Source: Thiotrichales bacterium (GTDB lineage: Bacteria; Pseudomonadota; Gammaproteobacteria; Francisellales; CACEW01). Taken from it: 64,000 bases of DNA. The notes under the pieces were generated by a model that ran no database searches, was not told the DNA's origin, and saw only the letters and a list, made by a program, of their open reading frames with translations. The stretch's first letter is position 1. Every line of letters starts with the position of its first letter. This document shows positions 54,166 to 63,560 of the stretch, piece after piece. Location of the stretch: positions 447-64,446 of the forward strand of contig CANJQG010000007.1 of NCBI GenBank assembly GCA_947476405.1, given 5' to 3'. A program made the position numbers and the translations under genes.

Positions 54166-55506
54166 ATGATGCAGAAAAATAACACGATTGCTTTAACGGC
54201 GCTCTGTCTGGGCTTTTTTATGGTGATTATGGACGTCACGATTGTGAATGTGGCTCTGCCCAGCATTGCCCTCAATTTGCATACGACGATTTCAGGTTTG
54301 CAATGGGTTGTGGCTGGATATACTCTGGTGTTTGCCTGCTTTCTGTTGTTTGCAGGTCACTTAGCCGATCAGATTGGCGCACGGAAAAATCTAATCGCTG
54401 GACTGGTGTTTTTCGTTATCACTTCTCTGGCTTGCGGATTGGCCCACACCATTCAGGAGCTCATTCTGTTTCGCCTCTTGCAGGGAGCGTCTGCAGCAGC
54501 ATTGGTGCCCTCATCACTCACATTGATCAAAACTCTGTATGAAGATAAAAAAGAGCTGGCGAAAGCAATTGGCATTTGGGGTGGCGTAGGTGGAATCGCC
54601 GCAGCGGCAGGCCCCGTATTGGGTGCGATTTTGACATATTGGATCAGTTGGCGTGCGGTATTCTTTGTGAATATCCCGATTGGCCTTTTTGCAATTATTT
54701 TGGTGATCCATTCAGTCGGTGAGTCGAAAATAAATCCTAATGTCCATTTCGATTTGAAAGGTCAGATCGCAGCAATCCTGATGATTGCCAGTCTGGCCTT
54801 TGTTTTGATTGAAGGCGGAGATCTTGGCTGGTCATCAATCATCGTGATGATTGCAGGTCTTGTTTTTGTGTTGAGTTTGATCACATTCATCCTGATTGAG
54901 CATCATGCCAGGCAGCCCATGTTTCCCTTGTCCTTTTTTAAATCCAGGCCTTTTACCATCTCAATGATCATCGGTATTTTTTTAAACGCCGGATTGTATG
55001 GCGAGCTTTTTGTACTGCCCCTCTATTTTCAGGGTGAACGGGGTTATAGCGTGATGATGACAGGCTTTGCGATTTTACCTTTGCTTATTTTAGTGGCGCT
55101 ATCATCGTATTCAGCAGGAAAACTGGCAAGTCATTATGGGCCGAAATTACCGCTTAGTTTGGGGTTAATCATTGGCGTGCTTGGATTTTTCAGTTTGTTG
55201 ATTGTGGGGCAGCATACGCCAAATTATGCGTGGTTGATTGCTCCTCTTGCAGCAGTTGGCTTTGGTACTGCATTGACGATGCCTGCTGCAACGATGATTG
55301 CGATGCACGCCTTGCCGCCAGATCGTGCGGGGATTGCCTCTGGCGCTTTTAATACCAGTCGGCAATTGGGCAGTTTAATTGGTGTTGCAGTGTTTGGAAC
55401 AGTGATTGCTGCATCTCAGAGTTTTATGCATGGGATGCATGTAACCCTGATTATTGCTGGGGTGCTCTTTTTCATTGGGTTTTTGTTGTCATCTTGGCTC
55501 AAATAA
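54166..55506 (+). CDS. MFS transporter, DHA2 (EmrB/QacA-like) drug:H+ antiporter family
   Basis: LTALCLGFFMVIMDVTIVNVALPSI and LFRLLQGASAAALVP are typical DHA2 motifs. The protein is polytopic. Confidence 0.88.
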   Translation: MMQKNNTIALTALCLGFFMVIMDVTIVNVALPSIALNLHTTISGLQWVVAGYTLVFACFLLFAGHLADQIGARKNLIAGLVFFVITSLACGLAHTIQELILFRLLQGASAAALVPSSLTLIKTLYEDKKELAKAIGIWGGVGGIAAAAGPVLGAILTYWISWRAVFFVNIPIGLFAIILVIHSVGESKINPNVHFDLKGQIAAILMIASLAFVLIEGGDLGWSSIIVMIAGLVFVLSLITFILIEHHARQPMFPLSFFKSRPFTISMIIGIFLNAGLYGELFVLPLYFQGERGYSVMMTGFAILPLLILVALSSYSAGKLASHYGPKLPLSLGLIIGVLGFFSLLIVGQHTPNYAWLIAPLAAVGFGTALTMPAATMIAMHALPPDRAGIASGAFNTSRQLGSLIGVAVFGTVIAASQSFMHGMHVTLIIAGVLFFIGFLLSSWLK

Positions 55507-55592
55507 ATCCGCAACATTCAGCTTTAAAGTAATTGATAAAATATTTTTATTGGGTGATAATGGTCGGCATCAATCATGCATCGTGGTGCAAC

Positions 55593-56768
55593 ATGAACAT
55601 TCATTTAATTATCATTCACAGCGGTGAAAACGTTGGCGATAAAAACCAATCTCTTGGTATTGCAACAGCTTTAGCCACTGAGCAATCAAGTGGCGTGGTC
55701 ACGCGTGAGGAATGCTCGGCCAAAGATCAGTCTATTGATGCCCTCAATGCAAAAATAGCAGCCGTACTGCATGAGGGGAAGCAGCTCATTTTGATTAGTG
55801 CAGGCTCAAGTGGTCTCAGCGTACTGCATGCATTAAAGCAGGCATTTCCAGATGTCAAAAGCATCTGGAGTGGGCATCAGGTATTTGCAGAAGTTGGGTT
55901 ATTTGAAAGTGCTGCGGCACCCGACGTGATGGCTTTTCCAAAGCATCAGCAGAGTTATATCCCTGAATATCTGAAGGCGAAAACGCAATTGGTCTTGACG
56001 GATGGGGTGCCGCATAATCTTTCTGCAAGCACAATTGAGGCAGACAGGGCAGCATTTATGAGTAAGCGCAGAACTTTGCCTGAGTTTATGAAAAAAACTG
56101 CGGTGGTAATTTTGCCGGGAGATGCGCCGGATATGCGTGGAATGGAGAAGATATTCACACCAGAAAATGCCCTTGCGTTAGCTGAGCGCGTTCATCGACT
56201 TTATCCTGAGTATGCCTTTGCGGTCACCAATAGCCCACGTACAGGAAAATATCTTGACCCCATCAATGCTCATCGAGCGGGCGGTATTGATCCTGTAACA
56301 GAAGCATTTGTAAAACGATTGGCTGAATTAAGCGGATGCACGCCTGCATTGTATGACTTTCAATTTGCATCACTTCCCAGTGCTTATAAGCCCTTGCTCT
56401 ATGCCGTAAAAACAAGCGCTGGAAGTATACTGCTCTGTCCAGGAGAATCCACCTCAATGGTCACAGAAACATTAGGCTATCTGCCACGTGAAAAGGTCGT
56501 CATTATGGAAGTGCCAGAAGTCATGAGCGAAGCGCATCATGAGCATTTAACAGAAGTGAGTCGAATGGGTGGCGTGCAGATACTTGAGTCTGCGGGAACT
56601 GTTGGTCAGTCAACAGCGATAGTGACAGAGCCTTCTACTGAGCTTGCAGCCAGTCAAATTGCAAAAAGGTTTATTGCGCCAGGATCATCCACTTCTTTTT
56701 TGTTTAAATCAAGCGCCGCCTCTTTGGAGGATTATGAGCCAGACAACAGAGAGTGGAGTCGTGAATAA
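55593..56768 (+). CDS. hypothetical protein (about 391 aa); possible ELM1/DUF1022-like fold
   Basis: IIIHSGENVGDKNQSLGIATAL resembles the N-terminal motif of ELM1-family proteins (weak, from memory). The start is uncertain (ORF track 55533). Confidence 0.5.
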   Translation: MNIHLIIIHSGENVGDKNQSLGIATALATEQSSGVVTREECSAKDQSIDALNAKIAAVLHEGKQLILISAGSSGLSVLHALKQAFPDVKSIWSGHQVFAEVGLFESAAAPDVMAFPKHQQSYIPEYLKAKTQLVLTDGVPHNLSASTIEADRAAFMSKRRTLPEFMKKTAVVILPGDAPDMRGMEKIFTPENALALAERVHRLYPEYAFAVTNSPRTGKYLDPINAHRAGGIDPVTEAFVKRLAELSGCTPALYDFQFASLPSAYKPLLYAVKTSAGSILLCPGESTSMVTETLGYLPREKVVIMEVPEVMSEAHHEHLTEVSRMGGVQILESAGTVGQSTAIVTEPSTELAASQIAKRFIAPGSSTSFLFKSSAASLEDYEPDNREWSRE

Positions 56769-56798
56769 TGCGCTGTCATAAGATTTTGGCCGAATGCT

Positions 56799-57845
56799 GT
56801 GGGTCGTAATGCCGCCATTGACCTGATCCGTGGCCTATCTATTTTAGCTGTGATTTTGGGCCACCTTTATATCCATCTACCCTTTGTCAATCAATGGCCG
56901 CAATGGATCGTGAATATTCTTTTCTTTGGCGGATATTATGGCGTTCGGGTGTTTTTTGTTGTTTCAGGATTTTTGATTGCCCAATCGATTATGAATAAAT
57001 GGGGTGGTTTGCCCCAAGTGAATCTGAAACGCTTTTATTTGATGCGCTTTGCCAGGATTGTACCCTGCCTCATCGCTTTGATTGTTATTTTAAGTGCCCT
57101 CGATTTATTTAAAGCCCCAGGCTTTACACTCGTTGGGGCAACATTGCCCCAGACTATTTTTGCTGCACTGACCTTTCGTCTGAATAATCTGGTTGCTGAG
57201 CTGAATGGGCATATTGTTGGTGCTTGGTTTGTTCTGTGGTCATTATCTGTTGAAGAAGTTTTTTATCTGTTTTTCCCCCTGCTGTGTCTAATTTTTAAAA
57301 GGGAGCGTTGGCTGATCTTGGTGCTTGGTATTTTTATTGTGATCGGGCCTTTTGCGAGAGTCTTTGGTACGAATGAAGGCTGGCAGGATTATTCATATCT
57401 GTCTTGCATGGATGGCATTGCGTTTGGCGTGTTGGCTGCTTTGTTCGTGGCTAAAAATCCCAATCTCAAGTCACGAGGCTTTGTTTTGTCAGGGTTGGGC
57501 CTGTTCGTACTGATCTTCTGTCTCAGGCAGGTGACTTATTTGCTGGGGCTAACCAAAGTGGGCCTCAATGTGACCGTTTTGGAATTGGGGATTGCTTTGA
57601 TGCTCATTGCGCTCAGTCCAAATACCTTGAGGTTAAGAGGCACACGGTTTTTGCAGTGGTATGGACGGAATAGTTATGAGGTTTATTTGACGCATATGCT
57701 GGTGATTACTGTAGGTGCGGCTATTTTTAAAGGAATTAGCTTGGTGCTGCCATTGTATGTACTGATGATTGTAATCAGTGGACTACTTGGCTACGCGGTT
57801 GCAAAGTATTATTCTGAACCTTTGAATCGTTGGATTCGCCAATGA
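56799..57845 (+). CDS. acyltransferase family 3 membrane O-acyltransferase
   Basis: GTG start. NAAIDLIRGLSILAVILGH and the polytopic architecture are typical of acyltransferase-3. Confidence 0.85.
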   Translation: MGRNAAIDLIRGLSILAVILGHLYIHLPFVNQWPQWIVNILFFGGYYGVRVFFVVSGFLIAQSIMNKWGGLPQVNLKRFYLMRFARIVPCLIALIVILSALDLFKAPGFTLVGATLPQTIFAALTFRLNNLVAELNGHIVGAWFVLWSLSVEEVFYLFFPLLCLIFKRERWLILVLGIFIVIGPFARVFGTNEGWQDYSYLSCMDGIAFGVLAALFVAKNPNLKSRGFVLSGLGLFVLIFCLRQVTYLLGLTKVGLNVTVLELGIALMLIALSPNTLRLRGTRFLQWYGRNSYEVYLTHMLVITVGAAIFKGISLVLPLYVLMIVISGLLGYAVAKYYSEPLNRWIRQ

Positions 57846-58735
57846 GTTTTGCGGAAAATTTATACGCATTGTATCCGGATCAGGCCAAAGATTGGCTTGC
57901 AGCCTTGCCTGCTTTTTTAAAAAGCACGTCAGCAAAGCTGGCTATTCAAATTGCTGCGCCTTTTTCAAACCTGACCTATCACTATGTGGCTCCTGCCACA
58001 TCTGCCGATGGCGAGGCTTTGGTTTTTAAGTGCGGCATTCCCAATAAGGCAATGCAGACTGAAGTTGCCGCTTTACAGCATTATGATGGAGTAGGTTGCG
58101 TGCGTTTGCTTAAAAGTGATGTTGAGCAGGGATGGTTGCTGATGGGAGCTTGTCAGCCAGGTATTCCCCTCTCTGCGGAAGAAAATGACGAGCTCGCGAC
58201 ACACACAGCCGTTCAAGTGATGCAGAAATTGTGGAAGCCAATCGCGTCTCAGTCAGACTTCCCATCAATTACAGATTGGTTGCAGGGTTTACATCGTATG
58301 AAAACAGATTCTCGCGCGCAGGCATTGATTCCAAGGTGCTTGTCTGACTTCGCCTTTCATACTGCGCAAGACTTACAGGTTTCATTGGGTGAGCCTATTT
58401 TACTGCACGGTGACTTACATCATGATAATATTTTATCCAGCAAGCGTGAGTCCTATCTTGCCATTGACCCCAAGGGCATTCTGGGTGAGGCGGAGTACGA
58501 AGTCGGTGCATTGGCGCGTAATCCCATTGATAAAATAGGCAAAATATCTGCACTGCCGCGTTTTTTAAAAAGACGTCTGGATCAACTTGCCGCTGAGACC
58601 GGATTTGATCGGCAGCGCATTTTGCAGTGGTCGATCGTCCAGGCGGTTTTAGCCGCGTATTGGCAGATTGAGGATGATTGTTCAGATGGGCGGCGATGGA
58701 TTCATTGCGCGGAGGCTTTGTATGAGTCAAATTAA
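57842..58735 (+). CDS. aminoglycoside/hydroxyurea-antibiotic-kinase family protein (APH(6)/StrB-like)
   Basis: LLHGDLHHDNIL...AIDPKGILGEAEYE matches the APH(6) catalytic region. ATGA overlap with the upstream gene. Confidence 0.78.
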   Translation: MSFAENLYALYPDQAKDWLAALPAFLKSTSAKLAIQIAAPFSNLTYHYVAPATSADGEALVFKCGIPNKAMQTEVAALQHYDGVGCVRLLKSDVEQGWLLMGACQPGIPLSAEENDELATHTAVQVMQKLWKPIASQSDFPSITDWLQGLHRMKTDSRAQALIPRCLSDFAFHTAQDLQVSLGEPILLHGDLHHDNILSSKRESYLAIDPKGILGEAEYEVGALARNPIDKIGKISALPRFLKRRLDQLAAETGFDRQRILQWSIVQAVLAAYWQIEDDCSDGRRWIHCAEALYESN

Positions 58736-59264
58736 AATAGCGATCAGACCTTCTGAATTGGAGGATGCTGAGGCCATATTTGCAATGGTGAAAGAGTCCA
58801 TTGAAACTACCTATCCAGTCCAAGGTTGGTGCCATTCTGGCTACACTTTGGAAGATGCCAAAGGCTGGATTGAACACAGTAAGGCCGCGCGTGAAGCAGG
58901 CAAAGAATATCACTTCGTCATTTATAATTCTGATTCAAATCGCCTGATTGGCACAACCAGCATTATTCGGGTGGATCAGGCAAATCAATTGGCGCAGACG
59001 GGTTATTTCATTCGTGAAAGCGAGCGCGGCAAGGGTTTTGCTGGGAAAGCTTGTTTATTAACGGTTGAATATGCTTTTCGTGAATTAAAGCTACATCGCC
59101 TGGAATTGCTGATCGCAACGCATAACACAAACAGTATGCGAGTTTCTGAAAAAATCGGTGCTGAACGCGAAGGTCTATTAAAGCAGCGTATTTATTGGGA
59201 TAATGGGATTTTTCACGATGCGTATTTGTACGCTTTGATTCATTCTGAAGGAACTAAACTATGA
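58722..59264 (+). CDS. GNAT family N-acetyltransferase (RimJ/RimL-like)
   Basis: IAIRPSELEDAEAIF, RGKGFAGKA and LHRLELLIATHNTNSMRVSEKIGAEREG. It overlaps the upstream gene by 14 nt. Confidence 0.85.
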   Translation: MSQIKIAIRPSELEDAEAIFAMVKESIETTYPVQGWCHSGYTLEDAKGWIEHSKAAREAGKEYHFVIYNSDSNRLIGTTSIIRVDQANQLAQTGYFIRESERGKGFAGKACLLTVEYAFRELKLHRLELLIATHNTNSMRVSEKIGAEREGLLKQRIYWDNGIFHDAYLYALIHSEGTKL

Positions 59265-59758
59265 TTGAATATCATATGACTCAAGAAGATGCTCAGTATT
59301 TCGCTGACTATTTTAAAAAATTAGGCTGGCATAAACCGCTTTCTCAGCTTGAGGCCTATATTGCAGAAGCACAGCAAGGAATTCGCACCAACCTGGTTGC
59401 TAAATCAAATGGCTTGCCGGTTGGTTATCTAACGATTTTATGGGAATCCGATCACCTCTATTTTCAGGAGCGCCATATTCCAGAGATCAAAGACCTGAAT
59501 GTATTCCCCGCTGAAAGAGGGAAAGGTTTTGGCAAGGCACTTCTGCAAGCAGCTGAAAAATATGTGTTTGAACGCAGTAAAACAGTGGGTTTAGGCGTGG
59601 GGCTGACGCGTGATTATGCGGTGGCACAAATTCTGTATGTAAAACAGGGCTATATCCCCAATGGTGAAGGTGCAACCTCATATCATGCCCCTCTTGAGTA
59701 TGGCAAAACCTGTCAGGTGGATGATGATTTGGTGTTGTGGATGGTGAAGCATGTTTGA
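59261..59758 (+). CDS. GNAT family N-acetyltransferase
   Basis: Motif A is FPAERGKGFGKALLQAAE. ATGA overlap with the upstream gene. Confidence 0.8.
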   Translation: MIEYHMTQEDAQYFADYFKKLGWHKPLSQLEAYIAEAQQGIRTNLVAKSNGLPVGYLTILWESDHLYFQERHIPEIKDLNVFPAERGKGFGKALLQAAEKYVFERSKTVGLGVGLTRDYAVAQILYVKQGYIPNGEGATSYHAPLEYGKTCQVDDDLVLWMVKHV

Positions 59759-61121
59759 AACCAAACGCCTTATTTTAAGAGCGTGGAGGGATGAGGATAT
59801 CGCACCCTTCGCAGCAATGAATCAAGATCCAGATGTCATGGAATTTTTCCCTTCTACTTTAGATTTTGATGGTACAAAAGCATTGGTTGAACGGATTCGA
59901 CAACATTTTAAGACGCATGGGTTTGCGGTGTTTGCAGTGGAGTTAAAAGCAACAGCTGAATTTATTGGGTTTGTGGGATTAATGATTCCTGGTTTTGAGG
60001 CCCATTTTACGCCGTGTGTTGAAATCGCCTGGAGAATTGCCAAGAAATTTTGGAATCAGGGCTATGCGACAGAGGCTGCAAAAATGGTGCTGCATCTTGC
60101 CTTTGAAAAACATAGTTTGGAAGAAGTGGTGTCCTTCACGCCCACATTGAATAAGCGTTCCATGAGAATTATGGAGAAGATTGGTATGCGGCATAATTTT
60201 GAAGATGATTTTGATCATCCCAAGCTTGCGAAAGATCATCCCTTATCCCGCCATGTTTTATATCGCTTGAGCGCAAAAGAATTTCAACAGCGTGATGTTA
60301 TTTTAAAAACAACCTTCTCTTTGTTCACCTGTTTTTGCAGAGGTGATTCTCAATCAGGAAATCTGGCTGCTATTGTTCAGGATTTCAAGGGTGATGCTGT
60401 AGAAAAACAAGCCTTTGCAGCAGAGTTAAATCTTCCAGTCACCGTTTTTATTGAAAATGCAGAGATTCCAATCCTACAGTTTTTTTATCCCAGCAGCGAA
60501 AGTGTTCTGTGTCTACACGGTGCGCTGGCCTCAGGAAAATACCTGATGCATCTACGAAAAACAGATACATTGACGGTGAAAATACAGTCTGGGCAAACTC
60601 TGAAAATGATGAGGCAAGGTGATCGTGTGCAGGTCTTGATGCCGCAGGCGGAGATTTTACCAGTAGAGATCAATGTCGCGAGCATCGCCAAAATGCTCCA
60701 GATCGATGCTGATCAACTCGATTCCAGTTTCCCATGCGTCGCTGCAAGTCTGGGGAGTCCAAAATTGCTTGTGCCCATCAAAGCTGCGGCAGCTCTCAAT
60801 CATCTGAAGCCCGATTTTGATTTCATCAAAAAATGGAGCATTGAGAATCAGGTCAATGGTCTCTATGTCTACAGCGCTGATGCTGCTCCTGGAGTTGATT
60901 TTATTGCGAGAGGGTTCAATCCGAAAGGCGGCTGGAATGAAGATGCAGCCACTGGGGTTGCAGCGGGTACATTAATTTCTGTTTTGCCGAAATCCACCCA
61001 AAAAGATTTTGTGATTGATCAAGGTGATACAATGGGGGCGCCCAGTCGCATTTATGTTTCTTTGGCTGAGGATCGGCAGATTTTAGTAGGTGGAGAGATT
61101 CATGAAACTACATGCAAATGA
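59751..61121 (+). CDS. fusion protein: N-terminal GNAT acetyltransferase + C-terminal PhzF-family isomerase-like domain
   Basis: aa 1-180 are GNAT (RLILRAWRDEDI, FWNQGYATEAA, NKRSMRIMEKIGM). From aa 190 on the sequence is PhzF-like (GNLAAIV, NLPVTVFI, LCLHGALA, ARGFNPKGGWNEDAATGVAAGTL). Confidence 0.78.
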   Translation: MFETKRLILRAWRDEDIAPFAAMNQDPDVMEFFPSTLDFDGTKALVERIRQHFKTHGFAVFAVELKATAEFIGFVGLMIPGFEAHFTPCVEIAWRIAKKFWNQGYATEAAKMVLHLAFEKHSLEEVVSFTPTLNKRSMRIMEKIGMRHNFEDDFDHPKLAKDHPLSRHVLYRLSAKEFQQRDVILKTTFSLFTCFCRGDSQSGNLAAIVQDFKGDAVEKQAFAAELNLPVTVFIENAEIPILQFFYPSSESVLCLHGALASGKYLMHLRKTDTLTVKIQSGQTLKMMRQGDRVQVLMPQAEILPVEINVASIAKMLQIDADQLDSSFPCVAASLGSPKLLVPIKAAAALNHLKPDFDFIKKWSIENQVNGLYVYSADAAPGVDFIARGFNPKGGWNEDAATGVAAGTLISVLPKSTQKDFVIDQGDTMGAPSRIYVSLAEDRQILVGGEIHETTCK

Positions 61122-62007
61122 AGTCCATATAAGCGAACAGCTTGTGAGAGGGCTGCTTGCGTCACAATTTCCGCAATGGGCGGATTTGCCCCTGATGCAA
61201 ATCAAACCTGCTGGAACAGACAATGTCATTTTTAATCTCGGTACTGAAATGTGTGTGCGATTGCCGCGCATTCCCAGTGCTGCTTCTGATATTGAAAAAG
61301 AGCAAAAATGGTTGCCGAAACTTGCGCCTCATTTACCATTCAAGATTCCCTCTCCATTGGGAAAAGGGTTGCCCAGCGAACATTATCCCTTTCATTGGTC
61401 GGTTTACAATTGGCTGGAAGGCAAAGATGCGCTGACAGCCAAGATTGCCGACTTCAATCAGCTTGCTAAAGATCTGGCTCAATTTTTAAAGGCTTTGCAA
61501 AAAATAGATACAGCAAGTGGCCCTTTAGCGATTCATCACAATCGTCGCGGCACACCGTTAGCTTGTAGGGATGTAGAGGTGCGTGAGGCCATTGTTGCTT
61601 TAAAAACAATGTTTAATCCAGAGGCATTGACTGCGCTGTGGGATGAAGCATTGCACGCGCCTGATTGGAAATGTAACCCTGTCTGGCTTCATGGCGATTT
61701 ATTGCCAGGAAATATTTTGATTCATCAAGGCTGTCTCAATGCAGTCATTGATTTCAGCGGTCTCAGCGTGGGGGATCCTGCTTGCGATCTAATGATTGCC
61801 TGGAATCTGTTGTCTACAGAAAGTCGTCAGGTTTTTCGAACAGAGCTGGGCGTTGATGATGCGACCTGGGCTAGAGGGCGTGGGCATGCGCTGTCTCAGG
61901 CGTTGATCTTTATTCCCTATTATCTGCATACTCATCCTGTAGGGGTAGAGCAAGCAAGACGGACGGTGCATAATATTCTTGCTGAAGCGAAAGGAGTTAA
62001 AGAATAA
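61102..62007 (+). CDS. aminoglycoside phosphotransferase (APH) family kinase
   Basis: GTDNVIFNLGTEMCVRLPR, HGDLLPGNILI and VIDFSGLSVGDPACDL are Brenner and activation motifs of the APH family. The ATG at 61102 has GGTGGAGAG upstream. Confidence 0.8.
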   Translation: MKLHANEVHISEQLVRGLLASQFPQWADLPLMQIKPAGTDNVIFNLGTEMCVRLPRIPSAASDIEKEQKWLPKLAPHLPFKIPSPLGKGLPSEHYPFHWSVYNWLEGKDALTAKIADFNQLAKDLAQFLKALQKIDTASGPLAIHHNRRGTPLACRDVEVREAIVALKTMFNPEALTALWDEALHAPDWKCNPVWLHGDLLPGNILIHQGCLNAVIDFSGLSVGDPACDLMIAWNLLSTESRQVFRTELGVDDATWARGRGHALSQALIFIPYYLHTHPVGVEQARRTVHNILAEAKGVKE

Positions 62008-62032
62008 CAGGGGGTGATTTTTATAATTTTTG

Positions 62033-62061
62033 TGGACATTTAAGGTTTTCTTGAGTATAAT
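62033..62061 (+). promoter_or_regulatory. candidate sigma70 promoter (TGGACA-17-TATAAT)
   Basis: Read directly, 69 nt upstream of the 62130 ORF. Confidence 0.45.
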
Positions 62062-62129
62062 GCGCATGCTAAAATAATAAATATATGCCTGTGCTTGGCC
62101 TGAAGCCATGATAAAACTGGAGAAAAATA

Positions 62130-63524
62130 ATGATGCGACCGGTTAACGATGTTGATGAAGTTGAAATCCCTTTATTAGCCGGAGCACCAGCGGCTCAGCG
62201 TCCTTTAGATCGGCGTATACTTAGATATTCTGCTCTCAGTTCAGCTTTTCTTGCAGTAGGGGGTCTTGGTCCTCAGTTTCTTTTAAGTAAATGGGCTACG
62301 CTGCTTGGGGTAAGATCTTTAGCAATAGGTTTGATTTCTGACGAAACTGGTGTGATTGAGCCGATGCTTTCCGATGATTTACCTCATTTGCAGGATGATC
62401 CTGGGGTGGTCGGGAATATTCGCAACACCTATTTTTCTCACGTATTATTTGGCTTGGCAGCGACCTGTTTGAGTATTCCAGTGGCTGTAATGAGTCCGCA
62501 ATGGATGCGCGCCTGTGGCATTGTTGATCTCGATGCAGCTGATACAGCGACTTTACAAAAAACGCTTGCTTATGATTACCCTGCAGCATTCATGAGTGTA
62601 TTTATAGACCTTTACCTGTTGTTTCTCTTTCAAGCGCGCAAAATGGAAAAAGCCACTGCCCTTATTGCAGTCTCAGAGCTAAGCCAGCTCGCTTTTATTG
62701 CCATTTTGACGCAGGCGACTGGCATGGGCTTTGAATTGGTTGGGCTTGCTAATTTGTCGAGTAGTGTTTTAGCCGGTTTATTGATTGCTTATTTTGAACT
62801 AAAAGATCCACCAATTGGTCAAAGCATTTTTAATCTCAAGACCCCCGCTACAGTCTCTTTGGCAGATAAAAGTAAACTGATGTTTAAATTGGGTACGACC
62901 ACTTGGTTAGCTGGAATGGCGGATAATTTAAGTGGAGTCTATTCAATGCGCTTTGCCAGTATTGGTCTTCAAGGTGCATTGGGAGTACTGGACGGTGCTT
63001 TTAGTAATGTTTCGAGTGTGGTGATGGATATTTTTTCTCCCTATATCGCCGAAAGTAGGGGGCAAGAGCGTCGACAGAAAGTTCTGTCCCAATTGGCCTG
63101 GGGAATTGCTCCTTCACTGGTGCTTTCCGCGATTGCCATTCCTTTTGCGAAGCCTTTAAGCCAGCTTCTGGATGGAGGTGCGCTCAGTGAAGAAAGTGAT
63201 GGTAGCTTAACAGGAAATGTGGCCCTGTATATGGCGGGATCATTGCTCGGTAATTTATTTGATATTCTCTATGCAACTTTTATTGATTGCGAATTAACGA
63301 CTTTTCCCGCTGCGATTGCATTTTTAACTAGCTTTTGGACGATTGGGTTTTGTTTTGCATTTGAGTCTCTGCTGGGCGATGACTCCAATATTACTGCCAA
63401 TGCGGCTGATTTATGTGGAACTGCTTTAGCATTAATCCCAGTCGCTTTTTATGCCTATCATAAATCTGATGCCTTATTTGGCAGCAATCAAGTTGAAGAG
63501 AACGTTGAAGCTGAAGTGGTATAA
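62130..63524 (+). CDS. polytopic membrane protein (464 aa), possibly a divergent MATE/MOP-type exporter
   Basis: About 12 hydrophobic segments, and the size is typical of MATE. No firm motif. Confidence 0.65.
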   Translation: MMRPVNDVDEVEIPLLAGAPAAQRPLDRRILRYSALSSAFLAVGGLGPQFLLSKWATLLGVRSLAIGLISDETGVIEPMLSDDLPHLQDDPGVVGNIRNTYFSHVLFGLAATCLSIPVAVMSPQWMRACGIVDLDAADTATLQKTLAYDYPAAFMSVFIDLYLLFLFQARKMEKATALIAVSELSQLAFIAILTQATGMGFELVGLANLSSSVLAGLLIAYFELKDPPIGQSIFNLKTPATVSLADKSKLMFKLGTTTWLAGMADNLSGVYSMRFASIGLQGALGVLDGAFSNVSSVVMDIFSPYIAESRGQERRQKVLSQLAWGIAPSLVLSAIAIPFAKPLSQLLDGGALSEESDGSLTGNVALYMAGSLLGNLFDILYATFIDCELTTFPAAIAFLTSFWTIGFCFAFESLLGDDSNITANAADLCGTALALIPVAFYAYHKSDALFGSNQVEENVEAEVV

Positions 63525-63560
63525 TCATGAATTTGTGGGAAATGGGGCGAGGACGAATAC

